Assembly (NCBI GenBank): GCA_964057225.1
Contig: OZ059899.1
Span: forward strand, 12,648,001 to 12,712,000
Length of the DNA stretch: 64,000 nt
Direction: 5' to 3'
Source: Auanema rhodensis
Taxonomy: Eukaryota; Animalia; Nematoda
The notes below the pieces were generated by a model, which worked only from the letters and a program-made list of their open reading frames with translations, was not told where the DNA came from and searched no databases. Below are positions 29,301 to 43,400 of the stretch, piece after piece. The position numbers and the translations under genes were made by a program. The first letter of the stretch is position 1. Every line of letters starts with the position of its first letter.

Positions 29301-32300
29301 GGGCCAGGTGGCTATCCGACTATTCTTGCCATGAGATCCAGAGTTTGGCAATGAGCACTCTATTCGAGATTTACTTCTCTGACATTCAATAAAATATTTT
29401 ATTTTTATAATCAAAATTCTATCCTTTGACTTTATACTTTTTTTCTAAAATTGTCCTCAATCAGACACAGTAGTTGACACAACCTTATCAGTTTATCTTA
29501 ATGCCAGTACTAGTGAGATTGTCATTGTCTAACCGTTACTTCAAGACTCTGTTGTATATTCTATTCTCTCTTTCCCATTAAGTTATTTTTTCTTTCTCTC
29601 TCTTCTTCCCTATCTCCTACATCAGCATGGTATATCTTACCAGCCTTCGAGTACTTATCGCCCTCATCGATACATTTGATTGTCTCGAAAATAGTATTTT
29701 CCCAATGTTTTTCGGGTTACTGACACCTTGGCCAACTGTCCCAGACCCATCATCTCATTTCCATAATTGGTATCCTGCCAGCATCAATCTCACCTTCTCG
29801 ATATGTTCTAATATCCAGTCTTCCTTGGCTTGCCCTCTCTCTCCTTTCTTGCATATTTTTTTCGATTATCTCCTCTTATGCCATATGGATATAGGCCTGA
29901 GAGCTCTGTCCCATCGAAATTGTATCGTTGGGCTGACTGTGCTGATGACGTACCAAGAGGTAGAGAAGAGCCAGCAGGCCACTAGAACCTCAACCGACAC
30001 TATTAACATCATCCAGCCTAAGAAGGATGATTATTGCTTGATTATTATTTCTATTTATGCTATTTCTTGGACCAATACCCTCAATGATTAACATTTAATT
30101 CGGCTGTCTACTGGTAATAGCGGTTTATTTCCAGATGTTCAACTTCTTATACTTTCTCTAATTCTCTCTTTACTTATTTATCTCTTATGTTAATAATTCA
30201 TTATATACATTGTTAATACGAAATAATATTCTCAGATCCGAATATGTTTAGATCAGATCAGATCAGATCACTCAGCTTGATTGTTTCCTCATGTGTACAA
30301 TATACCTCTTTCGCTTTTCAGTCCGTAGTTGTAAGATATGTTCGGAAGGTATTTTCGAAGACACCGCTTTGCAACACCTTTTCGAATTCAACTCAACTTA
30401 TCTTCATGTCCTCATTACTTTACTCAATCTCTTTCTCAGTTTCTCCAGATTTTCGATCTATTTACCATCTTTTCATCAAGTTGCATCTATGCTCTCTTAA
30501 TAAGGCTTAACTTAACTATACAAAGACAGCCCTATATTCTATATTGTCTCACCTTGTTCCCTTGTTCGCCTATTTCGACTGTCTTGACCAGCATGTGTAC
30601 GTACTGGTTAATCCTATCCAAAGCGTCACACCACTTCACGAATTATATCCATCAGCAAATAGAATCATGCCATTTACATTTCGTTCATGTACTGTACACA
30701 TCATTGCTAGTTTGGTTCAAGATGCACCAGCTGCAAGCGGCTGCCATTGCCCTGCTCCAAAGTTCAGGCTTATTACGTCAGATGCACTAAATGCATCACA
30801 TGTATGCCGACAGAACCATCGTAATGTCCGGCCGATTAGGCTTTCATAACGAAAAAGAAAAAGATGATGATGATGCTGCTGCTGCTGCTGAAGAGAAAAC
30901 TTGTTACTTTTCTTAACCCCGTTTTTTGGCTAATTGTCGCGAGTAAATCTCAGCTTTCTCTTTTTTACGAAATTTTTATTTCATATTGTCTGAAAATAAT
31001 CCGGCGTTTTGGTTTCATTTCTTTAACTTTAGCATATGTCCTTGTTTTTTTTGTTGGCTGATCTCTATATTTGACTATATGCCAACCGTTGAAAAGGGAA
31101 AACTAAACTTGTCTTTAGTGCTGTAATTGCTTTCTGTTTTCTATATATTCTGTATTTCTGATGACTGATGATGTTGTACATACAATTATCGTTGATATAC
31201 AATAATACGTCTTCATGTTGTTTGATATTAACCATGATACACAGACATCCTATCTGTTAGCTTTTTGATTTGTTCTCTTTGAATCATCTTCAGATGCATA
31301 CGGATACTCTTCGTTCTCTCTCTCATTATCATTTTTTTTTTGAATATTATCTCTTGTTAATTTGAACGAGAATAAATTTGAAACCGTCTTCCCTTCTACG
31401 TCTACCGCATTCCAGCTGATGTATTCCATTCTATTTGCTTAATCTGAGGAAGGCCACCACCAGATACATGAGCCTAAATCCGCTGCTGTTGGCCCTTTTT
31501 ATTCCACTCGAGTTCTTATCCGTTGTCCAATTCATTATTCTAAGCAATCCCTCTCCAATCTCTATCTCTCCACTTCTCTCTATCTCTATTGTTTTAGAGC
31601 TCATACTCCTGCTCTCTCCGTTTTCTTACTTGTCCACACCTTAAGCTTCCCTCCAACCTTCAACCCACAAAGCACCTGCAGGGCAGATGCATCAGATCCT
31701 CACATTTCACAAGCATCATCTTCAATTTTCTTTTTCGCCATTTTCCATAGCATGTTTGTTTTCTGTTATCTGTGCATGTTCTGTCGTCTCTGTCCCCCGC
31801 TTAACATGTAGCTTTCCACCGTCAAGACAACCTTCGGCAATGTTCAAATTGCAAGATGATGGATAAGAAAACAAAGCAGAAAAGCCAAAAATAAACAAGA
31901 TATCACTTTTTCAGCCAGCCTTTCATCCAGCGAAGCTATAATCTCAACGTTCTTCTGTCATTTTGATAATTTTCCTCTGTTTTGACAAGAAGTTACAACC
32001 TTCAGCACATATCCTCTTCATGTCAGGCTTCTTCGCTGTATGAGCTTCTCTTTGTTTTTCTACACTTTACTCTACTCTACTGCTTGGTGATCGTGATAGT
32101 CAAATATCTTCCTGCTACGTACTTGAAATCCTAAACAATACGTAATGAATTCTTGATATCTGGTGACTTTAACATAGGAATTTGATGCTCTTCAGCTTAT
32201 CTATGTGATACTTGTGTTCCATCGAACTCGATGAAAGTTGTCAATCAAACACTTCTCTTATAATATATCTAATTTATATTTGTTTTATATAGTATAGCAT

Positions 32301-34204
32301 AGTTTATTTTATTTATTTGTTTGTTTATGATTAGTTAGTTTGACAACTCTCTCTATATAGTATATACATATATCAGCAGTATCGTATATTCAAGTGCGGA
32401 TTGTGGTAAAGATTACCTGACATTGAATTGTGGGTGTGTGTATGTGTGTTGAAACTAGAAAGCTTAAGCTGTTAGACCCAAAAAAGAAGCTTAGATGTTC
32501 TTGACAGAAGACATATGTTGTCATTTACATATCCAATTACCTTGTCTCTCATACTAATATTGCTATCTCGTTCATCATCTTGTTCTCTAACTCTTTATGT
32601 CTCTCTCTCCATTCTAAGATATATTCATCTTATATCTCTATGAACCTTTTTCTATCTTCTTAATCAGACTGTCAAATGGCTTGTCCTCTTGATATCTTCT
32701 TCTTGAACTAGATGAAGCTTTAGTTCGACAGATTAGGCGATTGGAACAAACATGATTAGATGAACTACGATATGGAATGAGGTGTTCTATTACTAGTCCT
32801 CAACATCCCATCAACTCGTCTCATTCTCGTTTTTTTTTCCCATTTTTCAAAATTTATTTTTAACATTATTCAATCGGAACATTCATTTATTCACCATCCA
32901 TCTATCTACTATTTCATATTCAATCATATGTATTCATTTCTCTTCCTATTTTATATAAAACATCCATCTATTTTCTTATCAAAAATATGAACAAACTATA
33001 AAAATAAAGGACCACTTGATACTTATTGCGTATTTTGCCATTGGGATACCAACAACTACCTTACAGTTATAATTATATTAATACATAACCAACATATATT
33101 GACTCTTAATTTGATCCACAAATATAGCTCCTTATGTGCGGCATGCATCAAAGATAATTATAAAAACTTGAGTAGTACTTATATCTAATAATATTATCTA
33201 CTGTTCATTTTTGCTAAAAGAGAATACGTGAGTACTCCTGCCTCTTGGCCATACGGAGCACACCTGGAGACCGAAATTTGCTGTCGTTATTCTCTTTTTT
33301 GTGCATCACCATGCAACATCACACTCAATCAGTCAGTATGGCATGGTTACGTCTTCTTTCTTACTTACGATCCGACTAAAAAATACTGAAGAGATGTGAG
33401 CTCGCGCTCTGTCCCTCTCAGTCTTTCTAAGTGGTCGGCATTTCTTTTGCCAGATTGATAGAACGTCATCTTGAGACTACACCAGTTCATCAGTTTCGTT
33501 CTACCCTCTTATCCCAGTGTATCTCTTTCATATTCAAACTGTATTTTACCGTCTTCCATCTTGATCTTCTCACACTTCTACTGCATGGCTTTACGTTTAC
33601 TTCATTATAAGAGTCGGTGTTGTTTCTCATATTTTTTATTGAATGAGCATCAGAAGGTGTTATTCTCACCACGTATACTCGGAGCTTTGAACATCTCGAA
33701 TATATTTTCTCACTCACTTCACCATGTTTTTAGTCTTTTTGTCTTTTATTTATTTTTATTTCTTCTAAATCTCTCTCTCTCACTCTTTTGAATGAAAAGA
33801 GTATGTATCTATACATATATATATAACTATATAATATAGTTAACGTGTCATGGCATATTGTCCTCTCATGTCATGTGTACTTACTACCACATTCACTTCT
33901 TTAGTATATGTATGTTCTCCTCAACTTTCATGATCTACTACATTTTTTGTTCGAATTTCTTATAAATCACTAACTCGTTTCTATCGTCTTTCTCCAAAAA
34001 AAAAAAACGTTTCAAATCTGCAAACTATCTCTTTTCAAATCTCTGTTTCTCTTCAGTTTATCTGACTAGCTGACAGTCGCATTCGTACTTTCAAGAAGTG
34101 GATCTTTCTTGTAATTCTTTTTGATTAAATAATCGATATACATTTGAAATGAAAATATCACTTTTTGCTGTCTTTGTTCCGTGATTTGCATATACCAAAC
34201 GGAA

Positions 34205-34226
34205 TTTACGTGATTCACGTGAACTG
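34205..34226. promoter_or_regulatory. Recurrent palindromic ACGT motif, copy 2
   Basis: TTTACGTGATTCACGTGAACTG, flanked by inverted AACGGAA (34198-34204) and TTCCGTT (34230-34236). Confidence 0.45.
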
Positions 34227-36355
34227 CATTTCCGTTCATTTTTTATTTTGCTGACTAACTATGCGGTTGGTCTTGGACGTCTGATATACATATATTCCTT
34301 TTACAATTTTAGGTTAGTCATCTTCATAATTATATAATTATTGTATATATTGATCTTTGTTTTGTAATTTTACCTTCATTTTCTAATTCTTATTGGCAAG
34401 CCATCTGACAAAACGGACAGGTCAGTCAGATAAGAATCACACAGATTGTTGTTATTCTTCTTTCAAAAGACTAAAAAAGGAGAAGAAATTCGGCAAATGT
34501 ATTGGATGGCTGATTATTCTCTTTCTTCCTGCCTACCTATCTATCCATCGTTCGCTTTCTTTTCCAGTCATTCACACCATTATTACCTTAACCATGTTGA
34601 TCAGGCAACGGATCCGTTTGCCTTCAGTTTCTATATGTTTTGCCGCTCATTACGCAGTCATCTGTGAATGACACTTTGCTATAGTGACTTGATCTCTTTC
34701 TTCTCGTTTGCTCCCCCACCTTCCCCCCCCCCCCTCATCATCGCTTAACCCTCTTTTCATTTATATCTTTTCCAAAATATTTTTAATTTTACTGTACTTT
34801 CAATATTTATGAATTCTTTCCTGACATCTGTTTATCTGTATTCCTTATATGATCAGTTCTTCTATTTATCACTCAACTCATCTACTCTGATGAAGTAGCT
34901 CTTACCAGCCTGTTCCTTTTGGAACTATCCTCGTTCTCTCTCTCTCTTTTTTTTAATATTTTGCTCACTTTCTATATGTAAATCTATGTATCTGTCTCAT
35001 TCTCGTTTTCATTCGCGTTCAATCGCACACGTCTATTGTCCTGCCTCTTCAGTTGTAATCGCTAAGGTTCAGCTGGGCGGAGTCTGACCCATACATGGCC
35101 ACGCCTCATTTTCCGTCAGCATCAGCTCGTCCCGTTGCATCCAGCAGCCGGGCATTGATGTATCTGATGATCATCATTTAATTCATAATACAATGTTATA
35201 CATGATGACAATCAAAATGAACTTCTGAAAGCTTATCGTCGTCTAATTATTCCGAAAATCTAATAGATTGTCTTCTCTTCATGTAATCAAGTGTTCATAT
35301 CTCTTTCCGAATGATTTCAACTATGAAATATGTGGATGATGAACTGACGATAGGAGAGGCATTATTCAAATTCTAAACTATCTTCTATTAATTTGAATTT
35401 CAACAATATTTCATTATTGCCTTGTCGTTTATGTTTTTTCGTCTGTGACTGTCAACCATTGCAATGAATTACAGCTCACTTCATCTGTTTAATTGGTCAT
35501 TTTCACTCTCATGAGCCTTACCTTGTCTTCACCTTCAGTTTTCCCATACCATTTACATGTGTTCACACCTCACCTCTCAGCTTCAATTCATCTGAAAATA
35601 GTTTAGCAGCACGGGGTCATTTACACAATCGACAGTCTGCCCTAATAGCTTGTGGTCATTTTTCTTTCACACCTTTTCAATCCAGCTATAGGATTAGCCA
35701 AATTCTCATCAGCTTGCCATCGATGACACCCAACTTGAAGTCATTTTTTGATCCATACTCATTATCCCATCAGTCCATTCCAATCATTCATCATCGTTAG
35801 AGCATGGAGCAATGTCCTCTAATCAAGTTAGAGCTTTCTGCTAAAATTGGTCATTCAGTTGAATCTCGTTATCAAGCCTTCTCTACGTTGTCAATTTTAT
35901 TTATGTCTTTCCTTTTTATATCATTCATCATCATTGTATCTTCAGTACATATCATAGACTTTCTCCTTCATATCGGTTCATATTCATTATTGCCTGAGGG
36001 CATCATCCTTCCATTTATGACTATATTTGCAAAATATTATATTCTTTTCGATAAAAGCAATGATGTCTTGAGGCGAATCCAGCAACATGTTAAGCTTCCT
36101 ATTTCGTTATCCTCTTTTGCTATTTTCAAGTTCTCTCACTCTCTCCTTGTTATTTTTTCGTATTCATTCAAATTTGCTGTTATTGTCTCAAACTATATAT
36201 TATATGCAATATTGTTATGATTTTGCCATCTTTCTTTTGTTATTTCTTTCAATTTTTTTGAGCTTCTTTACTGAGAATTTCCTTATTTATTTTCATATTT
36301 CTTCCAGATTATTTATCTGGCCATTATTTGGGCCCCAACAAATGATTACAAGTCG

Positions 36356-37949
36356 ATGTGGACGATAAACTTAGTTTTACTTTTACTGCTTAGTCTTAAG
36401 CAAACTTCTGCAGCAGCATGTCCTCGAGGGTATTTCATTAATCTTTGCAATTGTTTGCTCAACGTTTCTCTTTTTTTTGCAGATGTGATTGTGTATCTGA
36501 TCCAGCACTACCAACAACTCAGCTCGTCATCTGTAGCTGGAGATCTAACGTATATGATGATGTTATTGACGTGGAGAATGTTCGAAGCGTTCAAATTTCC
36601 TGCCTACAGTCGAATAGAACAAATGGCTTTTCATTGCCGCATTCTCTATTCGCCCAACCTGCTACTATTCAGCATCTTCGTATAGAGGTAAGCAATATTG
36701 TCTAATCTAATCTATTATTCCATTATTTATTTTATTATTATTTTTAATTAATCCGTTAATTATTCTGAAGAAAATCTATTTTCCGTACTTTAACCATACG
36801 TAATCCTACCGATAATTATATGAAAGATGGGATTTTTTGATTAAAGTTAGTTCCGTTTCGCCACTGGTATCTTCCCAGGCTCCTGTCGAAAGGCAAGAGA
36901 TTAGATTGTCCCGCAACATCATAAGCAACTTCCGTATCCTTTACCTTACTACAACTCATTTTGCCATCATCTTCCCATTATTATTAGCATTTTTGTGTCA
37001 AAATTGATGAGCAAAGTTGATAAGTGCATGTAGTCTGTGTCTCTCTATTATAACCTAACTATGTGCTGTAACTAGGTATATAATATTGTTGGTACTCCTT
37101 GCTATTTTCTAACACTCACAGTCCCAACTAACGAGTCATGTTGTAGTTGAGATCTTATCGTCTTGATCCATTCTCTTATCCCTCTAACACACGAACTCTC
37201 TTGCATCGTCGTCTAAGCCATTCCGTATGGTCAGTGGACTCGCGCACGCCATTCGTCCTCCTCATCCGCTTTCTTTCTTAACTATACATCCAAACCAATT
37301 ACCAAAGTCCGTTGTCAATCTGTTCATCATAACCATATATATATAGTTTTATTGTCTCTATCTAATCTCTGACTATGACATATAGTATATGCAAGATGCT
37401 GAGAGGATTGAGATAATTCGACAATGAGCAGGAAGAGACTTTGCGTGACCAGCCGTGTAACCTGCTTCCGTTAACATTGCGCAATCACATTTACAAGGTT
37501 TTTTATGTGACAAAATCAGAAAAGAGGACGAAATAGTAAGAGAAAGAGAGAGAAAAAGGCTTATACCATAATTCGAGGCTAACCATACCATATCGATGGA
37601 GATTGCTGAGCATCTTATATCCCACTCAAACAAGCATGACAAACTTTGTCAAGAGCTCATTATATACGAAATTTGATATCATCACCACATAAAACATTCT
37701 TGTAGAGCTCAAAAACGCAAAGAATTTTCTAATCAACCACATTGCATGTTTAATGATTTTTTTAAACAATCACTACATAAGAATAGTATGTAATCAAGCA
37801 TTGTCTAACAAACCTATTACGAACATGCTCATGTCGGCATTGTTTTATGCTTAGCAAAGACTGTGTAGTGTTGTATGACCTTTATGGGTCAGCTTATCAT
37901 CACCTTTTTCTTCGTATTTTTCACATTTCTTTCAACATCTCTCTCGCTC

Positions 37950-37989
<40 letters not shown>

Positions 37990-40431
37990 GGTTTTCTCTC
38001 TAAAACAATCAAAAAATAAATTACATATAACGTAACTGGCCGCCTATTACAATCTAAACGTTATCGCTGCTCCTTCATACTCTGGCCATGCGGTCTTGTT
38101 ATCCAACGGTCAATGGAATCATAAAACCGTAACCTCATTTGAGGATGTGATTTGTCTTTCTGTTGTCTTTCTTCATCGCTCACATTCATAACCAGCGAGC
38201 TAGTTCAGTCAGTATCTGTTTCAACGAATCCATAGTCATCATCTGACATATGGTGATCGTAAACCGGTCTACATCTCTGATCAGTTTTTTTGGGTTCTTT
38301 TTCTTCCGTAACCTCCATTCTTCTTCTAAAAAGTAATGAAGAGGATCCTGACCGCAATTTTCTGTTGGCATTAAGATTCAGATGTGTGAACGATGCCATG
38401 CAACTGCGTAACAGCTCAAGTACAGAGCAGATGATGTGCCTAATTTCTCTCTTGCTCTCTTCATTGTGCTATATTCATGTTAGATCTGCTCTTGTCTGCT
38501 CTTGTCACACCACATATAACAGTTGATGACGTAACATGGCTTGTAAACAGGCAAATCATGCTATCCATGCTCTTCCAATTCTTGAGCTGTTATACAGCAG
38601 TTTTTTGAGCAATTTACGAGGCGATACGCTAATCTAATGTATAACATATAGTATTTTTAATTTATTTTATGGATGCTAAAACAAGGCAGAGTAAATGGGT
38701 TGAATGTGGGGGGGCGATGGAAAAAGAGCAGACGGTGCAGCAGCAGGATTATGCATTATTACATTGTATTGTATTTTTGAATGATTTTCTATTCTATATA
38801 GATATGTTTAATCCATATTATAATTGCTTTTACCTTTTTATGCTCCAAAATAGGAAAGCATAACCTCTTAAGTCTTATAATGACGGGAAGCAGCTCTCTC
38901 TCGAGCAGCACAACTTATATTCAAATCCAATTGTGTTGGAAGAAAAAAATTCTGGTATTCATATCACAAATGAATGATGACGAAATATATCTGACTATAT
39001 ATAGTTAAGATTAATTATACTTATATAGTATTCAGAATCAATTAAGCTGCATAATTACGTGAAATATTTTCATGAATGGCAGCTAGTAATCTGAAGAACA
39101 GATCAGCAGACGTTTTTTGACCTCTCTCAATTGGCAATTCAGAATTTATAAGAGTTTCTGTTAACTGCAGCACAAGTAGATGAGTCTGGCAAGACAGAAA
39201 GATCGAGAAAGCATGTAGATATGAGAGCATACAGTGCATGTTAAAGGATTATGACTGACACATGCTGCTGCTGCTGCTGCTCATCCCGTATTTCAGTGAG
39301 AGCCAGATTCACATCGAATTTTCTATATAAGACAGATCGTATAGAGGGTGTGACTGCTTGAAAATAGCAGAAACAGCGAATACAAAACGGATCCTTTCAC
39401 GTCGTCTGTCAGCTGTCGTAGCTGTGTGTAGTTTGTCGGTTGAAGACGACAATGACGACGACGACGACAACGAATGATGACATCATCAAGTCATTATATG
39501 TGACGTCTTAAATGACTAAATATGGTATACTGTCGAACTAATTACCGGATAAGTGGGCTGTTTTCCTCTTATTGCGTATGCATGTTATCCCTGTTACACG
39601 TATTCAATTGTTGTAGCTAGATACTAGTAGCAACTGTTATAATCAGGTGGCAACGGAAAAAGTCAGGTTTTCGAACGGAAAATAACAATAAGAAACAACT
39701 CAAATTACAAATAAAACTAAATATTTTTTTCTTTCAGGGTTGCGATCTGATGGATCCTCCAAAGATGCTGAAAAATCTGGTTGATCTTCGTTCATTGCAT
39801 CTGGAGCAAGTTAGTCAGAATGGTCATTCTGTACTATCACTCCAAGATGAAAGCTTCATTTCTCAATCACGATTGGAGAAGTTGAAGATTGTGGACAGTC
39901 GTCTTCAACGACTTCCATCCGACTGCTTCTGTCATTTGAAAAACCTCCAGGTACGTCTTTATTATTCTTTTGCTTACCAACATTCGATTTCTTTTCGACA
40001 AAAAGTTTTGAAAAATGTCTTTACGCCCTGCCGAGCATATTCAGCAAAGCATTGATACATGAAGGACATATAGAACGTGTTAGTGCTTCTGTTGTCTTGA
40101 ATCAAAGCAAAATTAAAAGCCTTTGAAGATGTTTGAAAGCTTCTATAATTAATTATGCATCTATATGGAGCATATTCGGGAAATGGCAACAAGCCGGCTG
40201 TCAGCATGCTGCAATGCTGCTGCTTATGCTGTTAGCTGACTATTGGCCCACTTGTATGTCCGACGTCGTAAGCCACGAAGCATACAATAGAACAACGAGA
40301 TGTTCCTGTGTCTCATTCATCCACACTGCTAGCTGCTGTTCTACATTCTCGACCAATTGCCGTAGGGGGTCTCAATAGCTTCAATCTAACATCTGGTTGC
40401 TGCCATCCTTTCTAATGCACATGCACTGTCT

Positions 40432-40465
<34 letters not shown>

Positions 40466-43400
40466 CTGTATGTTGTCTGGACAAGCTCTTCCGGAAATAC
40501 TTATCGAAATCAGAGAATGCAGAATAGCCGCCAGCCCCCCCCCCTCCATAAAATCTGTTGAATTGTTGAATATGAAATTTCCTGATATGTCTACACAGCT
40601 GGTCCGACCAATCTTAAGGGCATTATCCGCTTCCTAATGTTTTAACATCTGATTTTTCGGTCAAGTGTACGATATATTGAACTAAGTATTTGAAAACAAG
40701 GGCGAGGGATACTACTCATGATCATTCATTGTCTGTTTTCCGGCTAGTTCTTTTCTCCGCTTTCTCAAATAAACAAGCAATCAAATCATTAGGTATTATA
40801 GCCTTACCAGCAGTTTTCCGGTTGACTGCTCTCTGAAGCGGAAAACCTTGACAGCCGCGAGCCATTTTTAGATGATACCGCTTGGCCGGAAAGAGTTGTT
40901 TACCAATCTGGTCTCGTCTTTTGACGCCAGAAAACGGTATGAGACTTATGAAAATGAATTGAAGCGTATGATTTCTCTGTTATTCTTTATTGCTAGTATG
41001 CACATGTTGAGCATAATTCGGGATCATTTTCTATTTTTTCGAGAGAAAGAGAGAGAGAGAGAGATTTGGTACAACCAGCTGGTCAAAAGAGCTAATTACC
41101 TGTACCAATCCGAAGCCTAATATGCGCGATGTCATGTACGAGATAGTATATGTCGGCTCAGACCTTATATTCATCGGATGAATATAAGGTAAGTGAGAGA
41201 CTAATTAACCTTTACATCGAAACGATTGGCAGAAAAAAGAAAGTATGATGAACCGTATTGCTCTTTCATCTCTACATCTCTCTCTCTTTCTGCCTCTCTG
41301 TCTCACCTGCTGTACCTTATTGGCGTTTGAATCTATCACTACACGTGCTCAACCAACCATAATCCCTGTTGGCTTTCATGTCAGCCGTTTTGGTACTACA
41401 TGCGCTGAAAACGAAAACAACATCATTCTGTCGAAAAGAAATCGGGAATATACAATTCACATCATGAAAGATATCATATCTTATTTGAATATTTTAGGTT
41501 TTGAACGTTTCCGGAAATGCTTTAAGCTCTTTGAAGCAAGAAGCTGAGTGTGTCGCTAATCAGCTTATCATTGCTGATTTTTCGCATAATAACTTGAATA
41601 AGATTCATGATTATTTGCATATTTTCCCTATTCTTCGTCAGCTCTTCTTGTCATACAACAAATTGGCTGCTCTTCCTTCGTCAGCTTTAACTTCTCTGGT
41701 TCACCTGCAACTTTTGGATTTGGAGCACAATTTACTTGAATCTATCGAGCATTTACCAAGCTCTTTGATTCATTTGAGCTTGGCTCAAAATCATCTGAAG
41801 GTTTTCCCACAAGCTATTCGTGCTCTACCTCTTTTGGTATCATTGAATGTCTCCAGAAACAGCTTAACCGACTCAATGTCTAGCATGGAACATGGTAAGT
41901 ATCGTGATTATTTAAAACTTGTAACTTTTTCACTTTTTCAGCTTCACAAATTCTTGAATCTGTTGATTTAAGTTATAATCAGTTGAATAACATGCCAATG
42001 TTATTCCTTTTCAACTCTCTATCCAGCATTACCCATCTTCATATGGAGCACAACATGATTGAGATGATTCCAACACTTCTTCTTCAGAACTGTACCTCTC
42101 TTCTCACGGTACGTTCCTCTTCTCAGTTTGAAATGATCATCTTAACTCTTGCCACTGAGTATTTGTCCTTGTAATGCCATCTGGCTTGTTCATGATTCGA
42201 TATCGAAAGTAAGTATTCAATCACCTGCTGATTTATTCATTCATTCTCTGTATGTCTCATCTACCTCCACCTGTGCCAGGGAGCCAAGAGAGGACAAAAC
42301 ACGTACTTTGCATAGCCATAAACGGTTATCAAGGCTCTTCTCAAGATATACAAGGCTGTCATCAAGTTTCATTCACACTATACCTCACTGTTGTTGTTGA
42401 CAGTAGCAAACTCGATATTTACAATCGACAATTGGTCTTGTCAATGTCTTCAATTGCAACAGTCAACCACCAAAGGGGGTTTTGGCAAGTTGTTAGTTTC
42501 GTCCAATCAAGTACATCCTGTCCTCTTCTCTCGGTCTGCCCCCGACATTCAATGCTGACCTTGAGTATCTCGCTTGGTTTTGAGACTCTTGTGGATGAAT
42601 ACAACCGAAAGCCTTATAAACCTGGAGAATCTTACTACTTCTAACGCTACTCTTTCTCTTCTCATATCTTTCCCTTTTCTTTTCTTTTTCATCTGCAATA
42701 ACAACACCTTTTTATAAGAAAGTGAGCCATCTTGAAGAGAAATAGAGATTCAATGAGACAGGTTCAAGGGGGGCCACACGGGGGGAGACTCAATATCAAT
42801 TCAAAGCAATTTCTTTCATAGAATCAAAACCATTTTTGAGAATAAAAACTACTTAATAGCATTTGGAGAACATTCATTCTCATTGTTTATCTCAATATCT
42901 ACTTGAACATGGTAAGTATCTTGTATAGGATATGGAATGAAGATGAACAGAAGAATAGAAAAGTGTGTATAAGAGCAGAAGAAAACGGAAAAGGACATGT
43001 GAGTCGTGAGTTCTGCTCCAGAATACGTTGTAAAGATCTTTATAGCTAGAGTAGAGGTCAAGTTGAATGAGCCTGTAATGAGCACAAGACGATGCAACCT
43101 ACAATTAGTTTTCTCATTCATCAGCTCAATCTTGGACTTTCTAACAGATTTAATCGTCCATAATGATCTCTCTGGCTCAAAAACTTGTTGAAAAGAAACC
43201 TTTTCTTCAACAGAATAATACTCAATGGGTCTTAAGACGATAATAGAGTAATAGCTGGTCATCTCAATTCCATATCTGATATTCAATACCAATCATTATA
43301 TTTAAGAAAAAAAATATATAAAAGAAAATGAGAGAATACTTGGTGACTTTGTCTCGTGACAGGTTCAGTTCTCGAATCGAGAAAGATCCCAAACAAAGGG

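Noticed and set aside
17139-34416. Repeated 14-mer ATCTGACAAAACGG at 17139 and 34403
   Set aside because: A few such matches are expected by chance in 64 kb and the flanks do not extend.
11000-36300. Many 60-150 aa F/L/S/I-rich ORFs in the track
   Set aside because: By-products of T/C-rich non-coding DNA, often with non-ATG starts and no splice-consistent chain.
42849-43292. 147-aa antisense ORF in tol-1 intron 5
   Set aside because: Non-ATG start, no motif, and composition mirrors a local A-rich patch.
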